DNA of 59,063 nucleotides, the filler included. It is 4 parts of 4 records of this genome, joined end to end, with 100 filler letters (N's around TTAATTAATTAA, not from the genome) between each part and the next. Parts side by side here need not be neighbours in the genome. Positions count along the whole stretch, not along the records: positions 39,789 to 59,063 come from SRR20825006_1181; 3 more parts are not named here. The stretch is one strand, 5' to 3'. A program made the position numbers and the translations under genes. Shown here in pieces: positions 50,506 to 59,063 of the stretch (within the stretch, counting starts at the first letter, position 1; each line of letters opens with the position of its first letter). The notes beneath the pieces are model-generated. The model was not told the origin of the DNA. It saw only the letters and a list, made by a program, of their open reading frames with translations, and did no database searches.

Positions 50506-51621
50506 ATGGAAAGATTTGACCTGATTATTATTGGCGGCGGCATTGTTGGACTTTGGAGCGCTTATTTTGCGGCCAAACGCGGACTGAAAACAGTGCTGGT
50601 GGAAGAGCATGGCATTGCCGCCGGAGCGAGCGGCGGGCTTTTGGGGGCGTTGATGCCCCACACGCCAGATCGCTGGAATGCCAAAAAGCAATTTCAGTTT
50701 GAAGCGCTGACGCAATTGCCAAGCCTTGTGGAAGAGTTGGAAAGCCGCACCGGCCAGCAAGTTGGCTATCGCCGGGTTGGACGTATCGCGCCGCTGCTGA
50801 AAGAGCATCATATAAAAGATGTGACTGAACGCACAGCAGGTGCAGAGGAGTTTTGGCATTCTTCGACTGGCAATTTTGCCATGCAGCATATGGAAGCTGG
50901 CCCGGCAGAAAACTGGCCTGCTGCCGCTGCAATGCCATTTGGGGTGGCGGTTGATAATCTGAGTGCACGCCTTGCGCCCCGCAAATTGATCATGGCGCTG
51001 GCGGGCGCATTGCACGGCAGCATCGACATGCGCTTTGGCACCCGCGCCGCCTTTTTAGGCGAACAACAGGTGACCTTAGGCGATGGAAGTGTTTTGCATG
51101 GCGACAAAATTTTGGTGAGCGCGGGGCTGGCCAGCTTTGATATGCTGCGCCCTTATGCTCCGACCATCGCAGGGCGCGGGGTGAAAGGCCAAGCGGCGGT
51201 GTTGGGCACCAATTTGGACCCGAATTTGCCGATCATCTATTCTGACGGTGTCTACCTGATTGTGCATGATGACGGCACCACTGCCATTGGCTCGACCAGC
51301 GAAAAAGAGTTTAGCGCCGGTCGCGAAACCGATCATTTACTGGATGAGGTCATCGAAAAAGCGCGGGCGCTTAGCCCGCTGATTAAGGATGCGCCAGTGA
51401 TTGAACGTTGGGCAGGTGTGCGACCCCAAGCACAAGGCCGTGATCCGCTGGTTGGGGCGTTGCCAGAGAAAGAATGGCTTTATGTGGCCACCGGCGGTTT
51501 CAAAATCAGCTTTGGGATTGCCCATTTGATGGCCCAATCCGTTTTGGGCAGCATTTGCGCGGACGCAACAGCGCCTGAAATACCAGAACCATTTCAACCC
51601 ATCCACAGATTAAGCGCATGA
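50506..51621 (+). CDS. FAD-dependent oxidoreductase, DAO/glycine oxidase family (MnmC oxidase-like)
   Basis: GGGIVG, GASGGLLGALMPH, VKGQAA, WAGVRP, GGFKISFG. Confidence 0.85.
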   Translation: MERFDLIIIGGGIVGLWSAYFAAKRGLKTVLVEEHGIAAGASGGLLGALMPHTPDRWNAKKQFQFEALTQLPSLVEELESRTGQQVGYRRVGRIAPLLKEHHIKDVTERTAGAEEFWHSSTGNFAMQHMEAGPAENWPAAAAMPFGVAVDNLSARLAPRKLIMALAGALHGSIDMRFGTRAAFLGEQQVTLGDGSVLHGDKILVSAGLASFDMLRPYAPTIAGRGVKGQAAVLGTNLDPNLPIIYSDGVYLIVHDDGTTAIGSTSEKEFSAGRETDHLLDEVIEKARALSPLIKDAPVIERWAGVRPQAQGRDPLVGALPEKEWLYVATGGFKISFGIAHLMAQSVLGSICADATAPEIPEPFQPIHRLSA

Positions 51622-51701
51622 TATTTGCGGCAGAAAAATCATCTGTGATAGGATTCACTTTTATGGCCGCGTGGGGCGAGGCCCAATAGCAGGAAGTATA
51701 A

Positions 51702-52544
51702 ATGACCAATTCTGACGGCCTTTCGCACAGGCTCAAAAACGCGCAACAACCGGCGCAAGAAAGCAAGCCGCGTGATGCACTTTTTGTGGGTTCAGTTGAA
51801 AAGGCCTTTATGGTTTTAGAAGCCTTTCGCGGCCATAGCGCGCTTAGCCTTTCTGAGGTGGCCATAACCACCGGCTTGGGCAAAAGCGCGGCCCAACGGT
51901 TTTGCCATACGCTAGTTGAACTGGGCTATTTAAAACGCGACCCACGCAGCCGCCAATTGAAACCTGCGGTGCGTTTGCTTGAGCTGGGGTTCAGCTATTC
52001 CATTTCAGAGCCAATTATTTCTGCTGCTGCCCCTTTCCTGCTGCGGGCGCGCGAAAAATCCAACAAGGCAGTGAACTTGGCGCTACCGCGCGGCACTGAC
52101 GTTGTTTATGTGATGCGGCAAACCTATGAGGACAGCCCATATGGCAACCCGCCAGTTGGTGGCCGTGTTCCCATGTTCTGCACCGCAAGCGGCCGCGCTT
52201 ATTTGGCAGCCTTGCCGCGCGAAGAGTGTGACGCGATTTTGGCGCAATCGCCCTTGCAACCCTTCACGCCACACACATTGACCGAGCTAGAAGATATTCA
52301 AGCGTCGCTTGAAGTGGCGCGACAGCGCGGGTTTGCCAGCGCTGATCAGGAATGCATTGTGGGCGAACGGACGATTGGGGCGCCGATTTATGATCGGTTT
52401 GGCCGTGTGATCGCCTCGATGAACATCTGCGTTTATGGCAATGATTGGACCATGGCGAAGGTGGACAAAACCTATGGCGATTTGCTGCTGCATACCGCCC
52501 GGCAAATCACCGAAGCTGTGTCGAACAACCCCAACTTCAGCTAA
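51702..52544 (+). CDS. IclR family transcriptional regulator
   Basis: SVEKAF, LSLSEVA HTH, CTASGRAYLA, FTPHT, GFA..DQE. Confidence 0.92.
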   Translation: MTNSDGLSHRLKNAQQPAQESKPRDALFVGSVEKAFMVLEAFRGHSALSLSEVAITTGLGKSAAQRFCHTLVELGYLKRDPRSRQLKPAVRLLELGFSYSISEPIISAAAPFLLRAREKSNKAVNLALPRGTDVVYVMRQTYEDSPYGNPPVGGRVPMFCTASGRAYLAALPREECDAILAQSPLQPFTPHTLTELEDIQASLEVARQRGFASADQECIVGERTIGAPIYDRFGRVIASMNICVYGNDWTMAKVDKTYGDLLLHTARQITEAVSNNPNFS

Positions 52545-52575
52545 AAAAAGGGCCAGTCCGAAGACCGGCCCCTTG
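52545..52575. terminator. Hairpin between convergent iclR and oppA-like genes
   Basis: aagggccagtc-cgaa-gaccggcccctt with A-tract (U-tract on the minus strand). Confidence 0.65.
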
Positions 52576-52616
52576 GGGGTTAGTATTGGGTTAGCCCCTT
52601 TGGGAGAGTGCTTGAC

Positions 52617-54251
52617 CTATTGCGCGACCTTATAAAGGTCACGGCTGTACCAGTTTTGCTGAATATTATTCATTGGCCAGCCCTTCACCTGCGTGTTCAA
52701 CATGATCACAGAGGTGTAGTGGTAGATTGGAATAACCGGCATATCCCGCGCCAAAATCTTCTCAATATCTGTGTAGATTGGACCTGGGTTTGAGGACACT
52801 TTGGCGTCTGCCATCATCTGATCCACCTCTGGGTTTTCATAGTTGGCCCAGTTTTGTGGGCTGTCTGAGGTGTAAAGATCAAGGAAAGTGGACGCTTCGT
52901 TATAGTCGCCGATCCAAGCGTAACGCACCATGTCGAACTCATCATTGCGCGCTGTTTCCAGCATGGTCCGCCATTCCATATTGTTCAACTCAGCATTCAC
53001 ATTCAGCTTCTGTTTCCACATTTGAACAATTGCAGTTGCAATTTTCTTGTGGGTTTCAGATGTGTTGTAAAGCAGTTTGAATTCCAATGGATTGTCTGGG
53101 CCATATCCAGCTTCTGCCAGCAATTCACGCGCTTTTTCGTCGCGCTCTTCTTGTGTCCAATTGCCGTAATCGGTGTCTGGATCGGTGAAGCCAGCAGTGG
53201 CCAAAGGCACCACATTATACGCTTCGCGCTGGCCACCTTGCAGGATGTTTTCAACGATGACTTTACGGTCAACGGCGTAAGACAAAGCTTTGCGAACATT
53301 CACATCTTTAAAGGCTTCTGGGCCATTTTCCGCCATGTTGAAGCTGTAATAATATGACCCCAAATAGGGCAGTGACAAAGTTTCGTCTGGACGTTCTGCT
53401 TTCAAGCGAATGAACTGACCAGATGGCACCGCTGTCATGTCTAGCTCGCCAGCATTGTAGCGGGTGAAGGCCACATTTTCTTCGCTGATGACATGAGTGA
53501 CCACTTTGTCGATGATGGTTTTATCATTGTTCCAATAATATGGGTTGCGCTCGCGCACGGTGCGTTCATTCAACACCCATTCGGTCAATTTGTACGCGCC
53601 GTTGGAGACCATGTTTTCTGGCTGGGTCCAATCTGTGCCATGGGCTTCCACAGTTGCTTTGTGCACAGGGAACACGGTGGCCAAGACGGTCATGGATGCG
53701 AAATATGGGAGTGGCGTTGTGAGACGCACTTCGAAAGTGAGATCATCAACCGCACGCACACCAAGTTCAGACTTGTCTTTTTCGCCAGCCAGAATTTCGC
53801 TGGCATTTTCTAGCGCCATCAATTCCACATACCACGCATAGGGCGAGGCCAATTCAGGGTCGATTGAGCGCTGCCACGCATAAACAAAATCATGCGCGGT
53901 GACAGGATCACCATTTGACCATTTGGCATCGTCGCGCAGATGGAATGTGTAAACATCATTGGTTTCGTTCACGTCCCAGCTCTTGGCAACGCCTGGGATC
54001 AAATTGCCGTCCGCATCTTGATTGAGCAGGCCTTCGAACAGGTCACGCGAAAAGGCGAACCCAATGGTGTCTTCCATCATTTGTGGATCAAGCGATGGAA
54101 TGCCATCCAGCAAGCGATAGGTGAACACTTGTTCCTCAGCAAGTTGTTCGCCTGTTTCTGGATGGGTGCCAGCGGCATGGGCCGTCATGGTGAGGCCAGC
54201 GGCAAGCAATGCCCCCAGCGACACTGTTTTAAACAGTTTTGAAAAATTCAT
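52617..54251 (-). CDS. Peptide ABC transporter substrate-binding protein (OppA/MppA family)
   Basis: LFEGL, AKWSNGDPVTAHDFVY, SNGAYKL, WIGDY, IPIYHY. Confidence 0.92.
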   Translation of the reverse strand: MNFSKLFKTVSLGALLAAGLTMTAHAAGTHPETGEQLAEEQVFTYRLLDGIPSLDPQMMEDTIGFAFSRDLFEGLLNQDADGNLIPGVAKSWDVNETNDVYTFHLRDDAKWSNGDPVTAHDFVYAWQRSIDPELASPYAWYVELMALENASEILAGEKDKSELGVRAVDDLTFEVRLTTPLPYFASMTVLATVFPVHKATVEAHGTDWTQPENMVSNGAYKLTEWVLNERTVRERNPYYWNNDKTIIDKVVTHVISEENVAFTRYNAGELDMTAVPSGQFIRLKAERPDETLSLPYLGSYYYSFNMAENGPEAFKDVNVRKALSYAVDRKVIVENILQGGQREAYNVVPLATAGFTDPDTDYGNWTQEERDEKARELLAEAGYGPDNPLEFKLLYNTSETHKKIATAIVQMWKQKLNVNAELNNMEWRTMLETARNDEFDMVRYAWIGDYNEASTFLDLYTSDSPQNWANYENPEVDQMMADAKVSSNPGPIYTDIEKILARDMPVIPIYHYTSVIMLNTQVKGWPMNNIQQNWYSRDLYKVAQ

Positions 54252-54458
54252 ATGTCCCTCCGATTATGTACGTGCTTTGTATCAGCACTTAATTGCATGT
54301 ATTACATTGCAATATATATTATTGTATTTAAATAATTGAGGCCTGACAAGGTGTGTTCTGCGCCTGTGGCTGCTCAAGGCGCATACTTTCGTAGAATGGG
54401 GGAATTATGTGATTTACCGCGCAGCTTAGGCTGCACATTGGTATTTCGGGCCGTGTAT

Positions 54459-55337
54459 CTAAAAGCCGAATTCTTTTTGAGCGAGCCAGAAGGCACCGTC
54501 TAGCGCCTCACCTTTGGCTGCCTTGCATATGGTCTGATATTCCGCTGGCATTTGGCTTTGGTAAAAGCGGCCGAGACCACCCAAGAAGCAAAGATGTTGT
54601 TGCGGCACTTTATGAGCTGGGCCAATTGTGTCGCACAATTGCTGCACAGCGCGATACACGATTTGCTGTGCAACAACATCGCCAGCGGAAACAGATTCGG
54701 TGATCCAAGGTGCAAACTTTGCAAAGTCGGCCGCTTTACTATCTCGGGCGAAGGGCACCATATTTTTCGGCGTGCCGCCAAAATGATCCAAGACTTTCTG
54801 CGTCAGATGGCTAGAAAGGCCAACCCCATCATAGGCTTTGATCGTGTCGCGCAGCAGTTCGCGCCCCAGCCATGCGCCACCGCATTCGTCGCCCAAGATA
54901 AAGCCCCAACCGCCAACGCGGCGCACTTGCCCCTGCTCTCGCCAAACGAAGAAGGACCCTGTGCCCAACATGGCCACTAAGCCATCTTGCTCGGTGCCGA
55001 GCGCGGCGGCCAATGTCACATCAATGTCGGTGGCCAGAATCATACGTTTAAAGCCAAAGCGATCGATGAGTTCTTGTCGCTGAGCACTGGCCCCGGCCCC
55101 GGCCAAGGCTACAAATGCATAATCATTCGCGAAGGAGGTGACATCGAGGCCCGCTTGCGCATAGACGGCATGGGCCAACCCCATAAGATTAGCGGCTGCC
55201 GCTTCAAAATCTGTGCTGATATTGGACGGGCCTGCCGTGCCGGTGGCCAACACTTCGCCTGACAAAGTGCACAAGCGCGCCCGGGCACCACTGCCCCCGC
55301 CATCGATCAATAGCACGCAAGAATCAGAGCGCGTCAT
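54459..55337 (-). CDS. BadF/BadG/BcrA/BcrD-type amino-sugar kinase (GlcNAc/MurNAc kinase-like)
   Basis: IDGGGS, GPSN, GTGS, GGWGFILGDECGGAWLG. Confidence 0.85.
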   Translation of the reverse strand: MTRSDSCVLLIDGGGSGARARLCTLSGEVLATGTAGPSNISTDFEAAAANLMGLAHAVYAQAGLDVTSFANDYAFVALAGAGASAQRQELIDRFGFKRMILATDIDVTLAAALGTEQDGLVAMLGTGSFFVWREQGQVRRVGGWGFILGDECGGAWLGRELLRDTIKAYDGVGLSSHLTQKVLDHFGGTPKNMVPFARDSKAADFAKFAPWITESVSAGDVVAQQIVYRAVQQLCDTIGPAHKVPQQHLCFLGGLGRFYQSQMPAEYQTICKAAKGEALDGAFWLAQKEFGF

Positions 55338-55343
55338 AAAGGT

Positions 55344-56294
55344 CTATTTTGCCTCGTTCAAGGCTTGGCGCAAATGGCCGCCCGCCTGCTCAATTTGAGA
55401 CTGTGCCGCCGCCGCATCCATGCCAGTTTTGCAAATAACAATAGCGACTTTAACGTCCCAATTGGCAGCAACCAAGGCCCGCAATGCGGTTTCTTTTTCA
55501 GCATCGGTCAATTCGCGCACCAAGTTCAGCGCACGTGCACGCAGCTTTTCATTGGTGACGTTGAGATCAACCATGCGGTTTTGATAGCATTTACCCAAGC
55601 GCACCATGGCGCCCGTGGAGATCATATTCAGCACCATCTTTTGCGCGGTGCCGGATTTCAACCGGGTGGAGCCTGCAAGAATTTCCGGCCCAACTTCCGG
55701 CGTGATGCCGATTTTTGCCAGTTCTTCCAACGCACTGCCGGGATTGCATGAAATGCCAACGGTGACAGCGCCGCGCTTATGCGCCTCTTCCAACGCGGCC
55801 AACACGTAGGGTGTGCGGCCAGAAACAGCCAAACCAATGACAAGATCATTTTCGCTGACTTGGGCGTCGGCCAAATCGAACGCGCCTTGCTCCCGATCAT
55901 CTTCGATCCCCTCCTGCGCCTGAAAAATCGCAGGCTGTCCACCCGCGATAATTGCATGAAATAGGCTTGGCGGTGCGGAAAAGGTTGGCGGAATTTCTGA
56001 GGCATCCAACACGCCCAAGCGGCCGCTTGTCCCCGCGCCCACATATATAATGCGCCCGCCTGCTTTCAGCGCGGCATGGGCAGCATCAATGGCTTTGGCC
56101 ACTTGGGGCAGCACTTTTTCAACAGCGCTGGCCACCGTTTGGTCTTCGCTGTTCATCACTTGCGCAATTTCCAGCGCCGACATTTGATCTAGCCGTTCAG
56201 AACGGGCATTTATGCCTTCTGAGGTCAGCCCTTCAAGGGTCGACGATAGAAGCAATAGATTATCTTGGGCGAGTTTGTTATGGTCAGCAGTCAT
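55344..56294 (-). CDS. murQ: N-acetylmuramic acid 6-phosphate etherase
   Basis: GAGTSGRLGVLDASE, GPEILAGSTRLKSGTAQKMVLNMIST, NEKL. Confidence 0.95.
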   Translation of the reverse strand: MTADHNKLAQDNLLLLSSTLEGLTSEGINARSERLDQMSALEIAQVMNSEDQTVASAVEKVLPQVAKAIDAAHAALKAGGRIIYVGAGTSGRLGVLDASEIPPTFSAPPSLFHAIIAGGQPAIFQAQEGIEDDREQGAFDLADAQVSENDLVIGLAVSGRTPYVLAALEEAHKRGAVTVGISCNPGSALEELAKIGITPEVGPEILAGSTRLKSGTAQKMVLNMISTGAMVRLGKCYQNRMVDLNVTNEKLRARALNLVRELTDAEKETALRALVAANWDVKVAIVICKTGMDAAAAQSQIEQAGGHLRQALNEAK

Positions 56295-56297
56295 GAT

Positions 56298-56344
56298 GGA
56301 ATTATGTATTCCTAAAAAATTTACGTCAAGAATTTATTATTCTT
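56298..56344. promoter_or_regulatory. Two tandem GAAT-N5-ATTC palindromes, putative MurR operators
   Basis: GGAATTATGTATTCC (56298-56312) and AAGAATTTATTATTCTT (56328-56344). Confidence 0.75.
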
Positions 56345-56400
56345 AGATGCATCTTTTGCACGCTTGGGTCAACACATCAAGAAATGAAAGCACGGGTTTC

Positions 56401-57252
56401 ATGCAAAATGCGCAAAATTTAATTTCCCATCTCAACGCTATTGTTGAGGATTTGTCGCAGAATGAACAGCGGATCGCCCACTGGATTTTGAACGACCCAT
56501 CAAAAGTGACGACCATGACCTCGCAGGATTTGGCGCAGCAATGCGGCGTGAGCCAATCCAGCATCATCAAATTCTGCAAGAAGATCGGGCTTTCTGGTTT
56601 TCCTGCGCTCAAGATCGCCTTGAGTGCCGATGTGGCCCGTGCGCAGGATGCCGAGCAGATTCACGGCGATATTTTCAGCGATGACCCGCTGAGTGAAGTT
56701 GCTCAAAAAATGTATAACAGCAAGGTTGCCGCCCTGTCGGAAACCTTGAAAGGCAACACAAGTGCGCAACTCGGCGCGGCTGTTGATCGGCTGGTTGCTG
56801 CAGATCGCATTATCATTTTGGGTGTTGGCGGTTCCGCGCTGGTGGCGATGGATTTCGGCTCCAAACTCACCAAGCTGGGCACCGCTGTGTTACAAGGCAT
56901 GGATGCCCATATCCATCTCGCCAACCTGGCGCGCTTCACAGAGAATGACTTGTTGGTGCTGATTTCTTATTCTGGCAAGTCAAAGGAAGTGTTGGCGGCA
57001 GCGGAATATGCGCGGCAGCATAATATCCCCACCATCTATCTTGTGGGACCAAGTGCCAATATCACACCTGAACCACACGAATTGGAGTTGCGCTGCGTGG
57101 CCAGCGAGAATTTGGTGCGCTCTTCATCTATCTCCACCCGCACTGCCCAATTGGCGATCACCGACCTGCTGTTTATTCTGCTCGCACAACGTGCGGAGGA
57201 TATGCCAAGCAAGATTCAAGACAGCCAAGCGCTGGTCAATCGGATCAAATAG
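56401..57252 (+). CDS. murR: MurR/RpiR family transcriptional regulator
   Basis: VSQSSIIKFCKKIGLSGF HTH, SIS domain ISYSG; divergent from murQ. Confidence 0.88.
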   Translation: MQNAQNLISHLNAIVEDLSQNEQRIAHWILNDPSKVTTMTSQDLAQQCGVSQSSIIKFCKKIGLSGFPALKIALSADVARAQDAEQIHGDIFSDDPLSEVAQKMYNSKVAALSETLKGNTSAQLGAAVDRLVAADRIIILGVGGSALVAMDFGSKLTKLGTAVLQGMDAHIHLANLARFTENDLLVLISYSGKSKEVLAAAEYARQHNIPTIYLVGPSANITPEPHELELRCVASENLVRSSSISTRTAQLAITDLLFILLAQRAEDMPSKIQDSQALVNRIK

Positions 57253-57289
57253 ATTATTCCACATCTAGCAGGTCAGTGATTTTTTATTA

Positions 57290-57382
57290 TTGACATTGTC
57301 ATTTTAGAATTTAATATTCCTAGCAGGAGGAATAGACAGCTTCTTACGGCATAATTATCGGCATATCGGAATAAAAAATTCC
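57290..57382 (+). promoter_or_regulatory. Promoter with two more GAAT-N5-ATTC sites upstream of the sugar ABC genes
   Basis: TTGACA at 57290-57295; AGAATTTAATATTCC (57306-57320); GGAATAAAAAATTCC (57368-57382). Confidence 0.7.
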
Positions 57383-57478
57383 CGCACGATCGTTTGCAAC
57401 AGACGCTGTTGACCTTTCTCTTCACCCCAACAATTGGCATCCCGAACGCCAACACCACATAGAGGGAGGGAACTGAAT

Positions 57479-58702
57479 ATGAAATCACTTCGTAAAATCG
57501 CCAGCATGGCGGTGCTTAGCACAGCAACTTTTGCATATGCAGGCACAGCACTGGCCCAAACTGAGCTGGACTTTTGGTCTTGGCGTCAGGAAGATGTGAA
57601 AGCCTATAATGAGATTATTGCTGCATTCGAAGAGCAAAATCCTGACATTAAAGTGACGTTCACTGCACACGAAGCCACAAGCTACAACACCATTTTGACC
57701 ACTGCCCTAGCCGGCGGTGCGGGCCCAGACATTATGCACACCCGCTCATATGGTTCATTGGAAGCTATTGCGGCACCAGGTTATTTGGAGCCACTTGATG
57801 GCAAAATTGACCTTTCTGCTCTAAGCGCTGATGAGCTTTTGGGCACCACATTGCGCGCTGATGGCCATGTGTATGCTGTGCCTTTCGCTTCGCAAACCAT
57901 TGTTGTTTTCTACAATAAAGATTTGTTTGAACAGCATGATGTTGCCTTGCCCGAAACTTGGGACGAGTTTTTGGCTGCGTCACAAAAGTTCAAAGATGCT
58001 GGCGTGATCCCATTGGCCAATGGTTTGGCTGATGCCTGGACCATGGAAATTATGTCTGGTGCGTTCTTGCCAAACTTCTATGGCAAAGACTTCTTTGGTG
58101 AAGTGACATCTGGCGCAACTGACTTTGAAGATGAGCGCTTTGTAAACGCCCTTGAGAAATTCGCTGCGTTAAAAGACTACATGCCGCAAGGTTATGAAGG
58201 CGTTGACTATGCAACCATGAAGCAATTGTTCAGCGCTGGCCAAGCGGCCATGTTTGTTGGCGGTTCTTTCGACATTCCAACATTCGTTTCTTCAGGCGTG
58301 AACTTTGACATTATGCAAGGCCCTGCTGCTGAAGAAGGTGGCCCACGCATGGTGGCAACTTGGCTTGACGGTGGCTATGGTGTGAATGCTGCTTCTGAAA
58401 ATAAAGAAGCTGCACTGAAATTCATCCAGTTCACTGCAACACAGCCATTTGCACAAATGTTGACTGACAAGTTGGCCAACGTGCCTGCAGTTGATGGTGC
58501 AGACATTTCTGACCCAATGTTGGCGAAAGTGTCTGACTTCCATGCAGAAGCAACACCATACATCATGTTGGTTGCGTTCCGCTTCAACACACCAACAGGT
58601 TCAACCTTGCTGCAAAATGGCTTGCAAGAATTGTTCACTGGCAAAAAGACAGCTGCTGAAGTGGCTGCCGATATTAGCGCTGGCATTAAAAGCGCTGAGT
58701 AA
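57479..58702 (+). CDS. Carbohydrate ABC transporter substrate-binding protein (CUT1)
   Basis: Signal peptide ALA-Q, NPDIKV, GPDI, YAVP, YNKDLF. Confidence 0.9.
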   Translation: MKSLRKIASMAVLSTATFAYAGTALAQTELDFWSWRQEDVKAYNEIIAAFEEQNPDIKVTFTAHEATSYNTILTTALAGGAGPDIMHTRSYGSLEAIAAPGYLEPLDGKIDLSALSADELLGTTLRADGHVYAVPFASQTIVVFYNKDLFEQHDVALPETWDEFLAASQKFKDAGVIPLANGLADAWTMEIMSGAFLPNFYGKDFFGEVTSGATDFEDERFVNALEKFAALKDYMPQGYEGVDYATMKQLFSAGQAAMFVGGSFDIPTFVSSGVNFDIMQGPAAEEGGPRMVATWLDGGYGVNAASENKEAALKFIQFTATQPFAQMLTDKLANVPAVDGADISDPMLAKVSDFHAEATPYIMLVAFRFNTPTGSTLLQNGLQELFTGKKTAAEVAADISAGIKSAE

Positions 58703-58713
58703 TCGACCAATCG

Positions 58714-58739
58714 GCCAAAGGGGGATTGCCCCCTTTGGC
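58714..58739 (+). terminator. Stem-loop after the binding-protein gene (partial terminator/mRNA stabiliser)
   Basis: GCCAAAGGGGG-ATTG-CCCCCTTTGGC. Confidence 0.7.
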
Positions 58740-58802
58740 TTTGCTGGCCAAGCCCCAATGTGGCGGCCACCCATTCCAAATTAGAATTTCAGGGCGACTA
58801 AA

Positions 58803-59063
58803 ATGGCAACAATTGAATTGCGCGACGTGACCAAAGACTTTGGCGGTGTACAAGTTATTCATGGCGCGAACTTGTCTATTGAAGACAATGAATTTGTGGT
58901 CTTTGTCGGTCCTTCTGGCTGCGGTAAATCAACATTGCTGCGCCTTTTATCCGGGCTTGAAGAACTTAGCTCAGGCGAAATCCATATTGATGGCGAGCGC
59001 GTGGACCATTTGCCCCCAGCGCGGCGCGGCTTGGCCATGGTGTTCCAATCCTACGCGCTTTAC
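58803..59063 (+). CDS. Sugar ABC transporter ATP-binding protein (MalK/UgpC family), 3' truncated
   Basis: Translates [11 protein letters not shown]...[13 protein letters not shown]...[10 protein letters not shown]. Confidence 0.93.
   Translation, partial: MATIELRDVTKDFGGVQVIHGANLSIEDNEFVVFVGPSGCGKSTLLRLLSGLEELSSGEIHIDGERVDHLPPARRGLAMVFQSYALY

Overview
The window is four unrelated contigs joined by artificial 100-nt spacers (N44-TTAATTAATTAA-N44) at 17457-17556, 25285-25384 and 39689-39788. Contig 1 (1-17456, AT-rich, probably alphaproteobacterial and plasmid-derived) carries a Wzx/Wzy surface-polysaccharide cluster and a putative lipid-carrier glycan-decoration module. It is bounded by an identical 30-bp inverted repeat at both ends, an IS3 relic and a decayed repC. 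Contig 2 (17557-25284, GC-rich alphaproteobacterium) holds a TIM-barrel isomerase, a REC-DUF3369-HD-GYP regulator, an SDR, an M20 peptidase and a KefF/G-KefB/C pair. Contig 3 (25385-39688, Alcanivorax-like gammaproteobacterium by synteny; inference) holds bioBFHC, comF, an acyl-CoA dehydrogenase, a desaturase, phhB, hemE and gltD. Many of its intergenic spaces contain heptamer-periodic repeats, and a diverged ~145-bp inverted repeat pair brackets a thioesterase gene. Contig 4 (39789-59063, Hyphomicrobiales-like) holds cobW-cobN under a B12 riboswitch. Next comes a TRAP + MarR + self-sufficient (reductase-fused) B12-dependent reductive dehalogenase module lying between the two MnmC-half genes. 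It ends with a MurR/MurQ/kinase/OppA/sugar-ABC cell-wall-sugar scavenging locus with visible operators. All assignments are from motif recognition by eye; no database searches were run.
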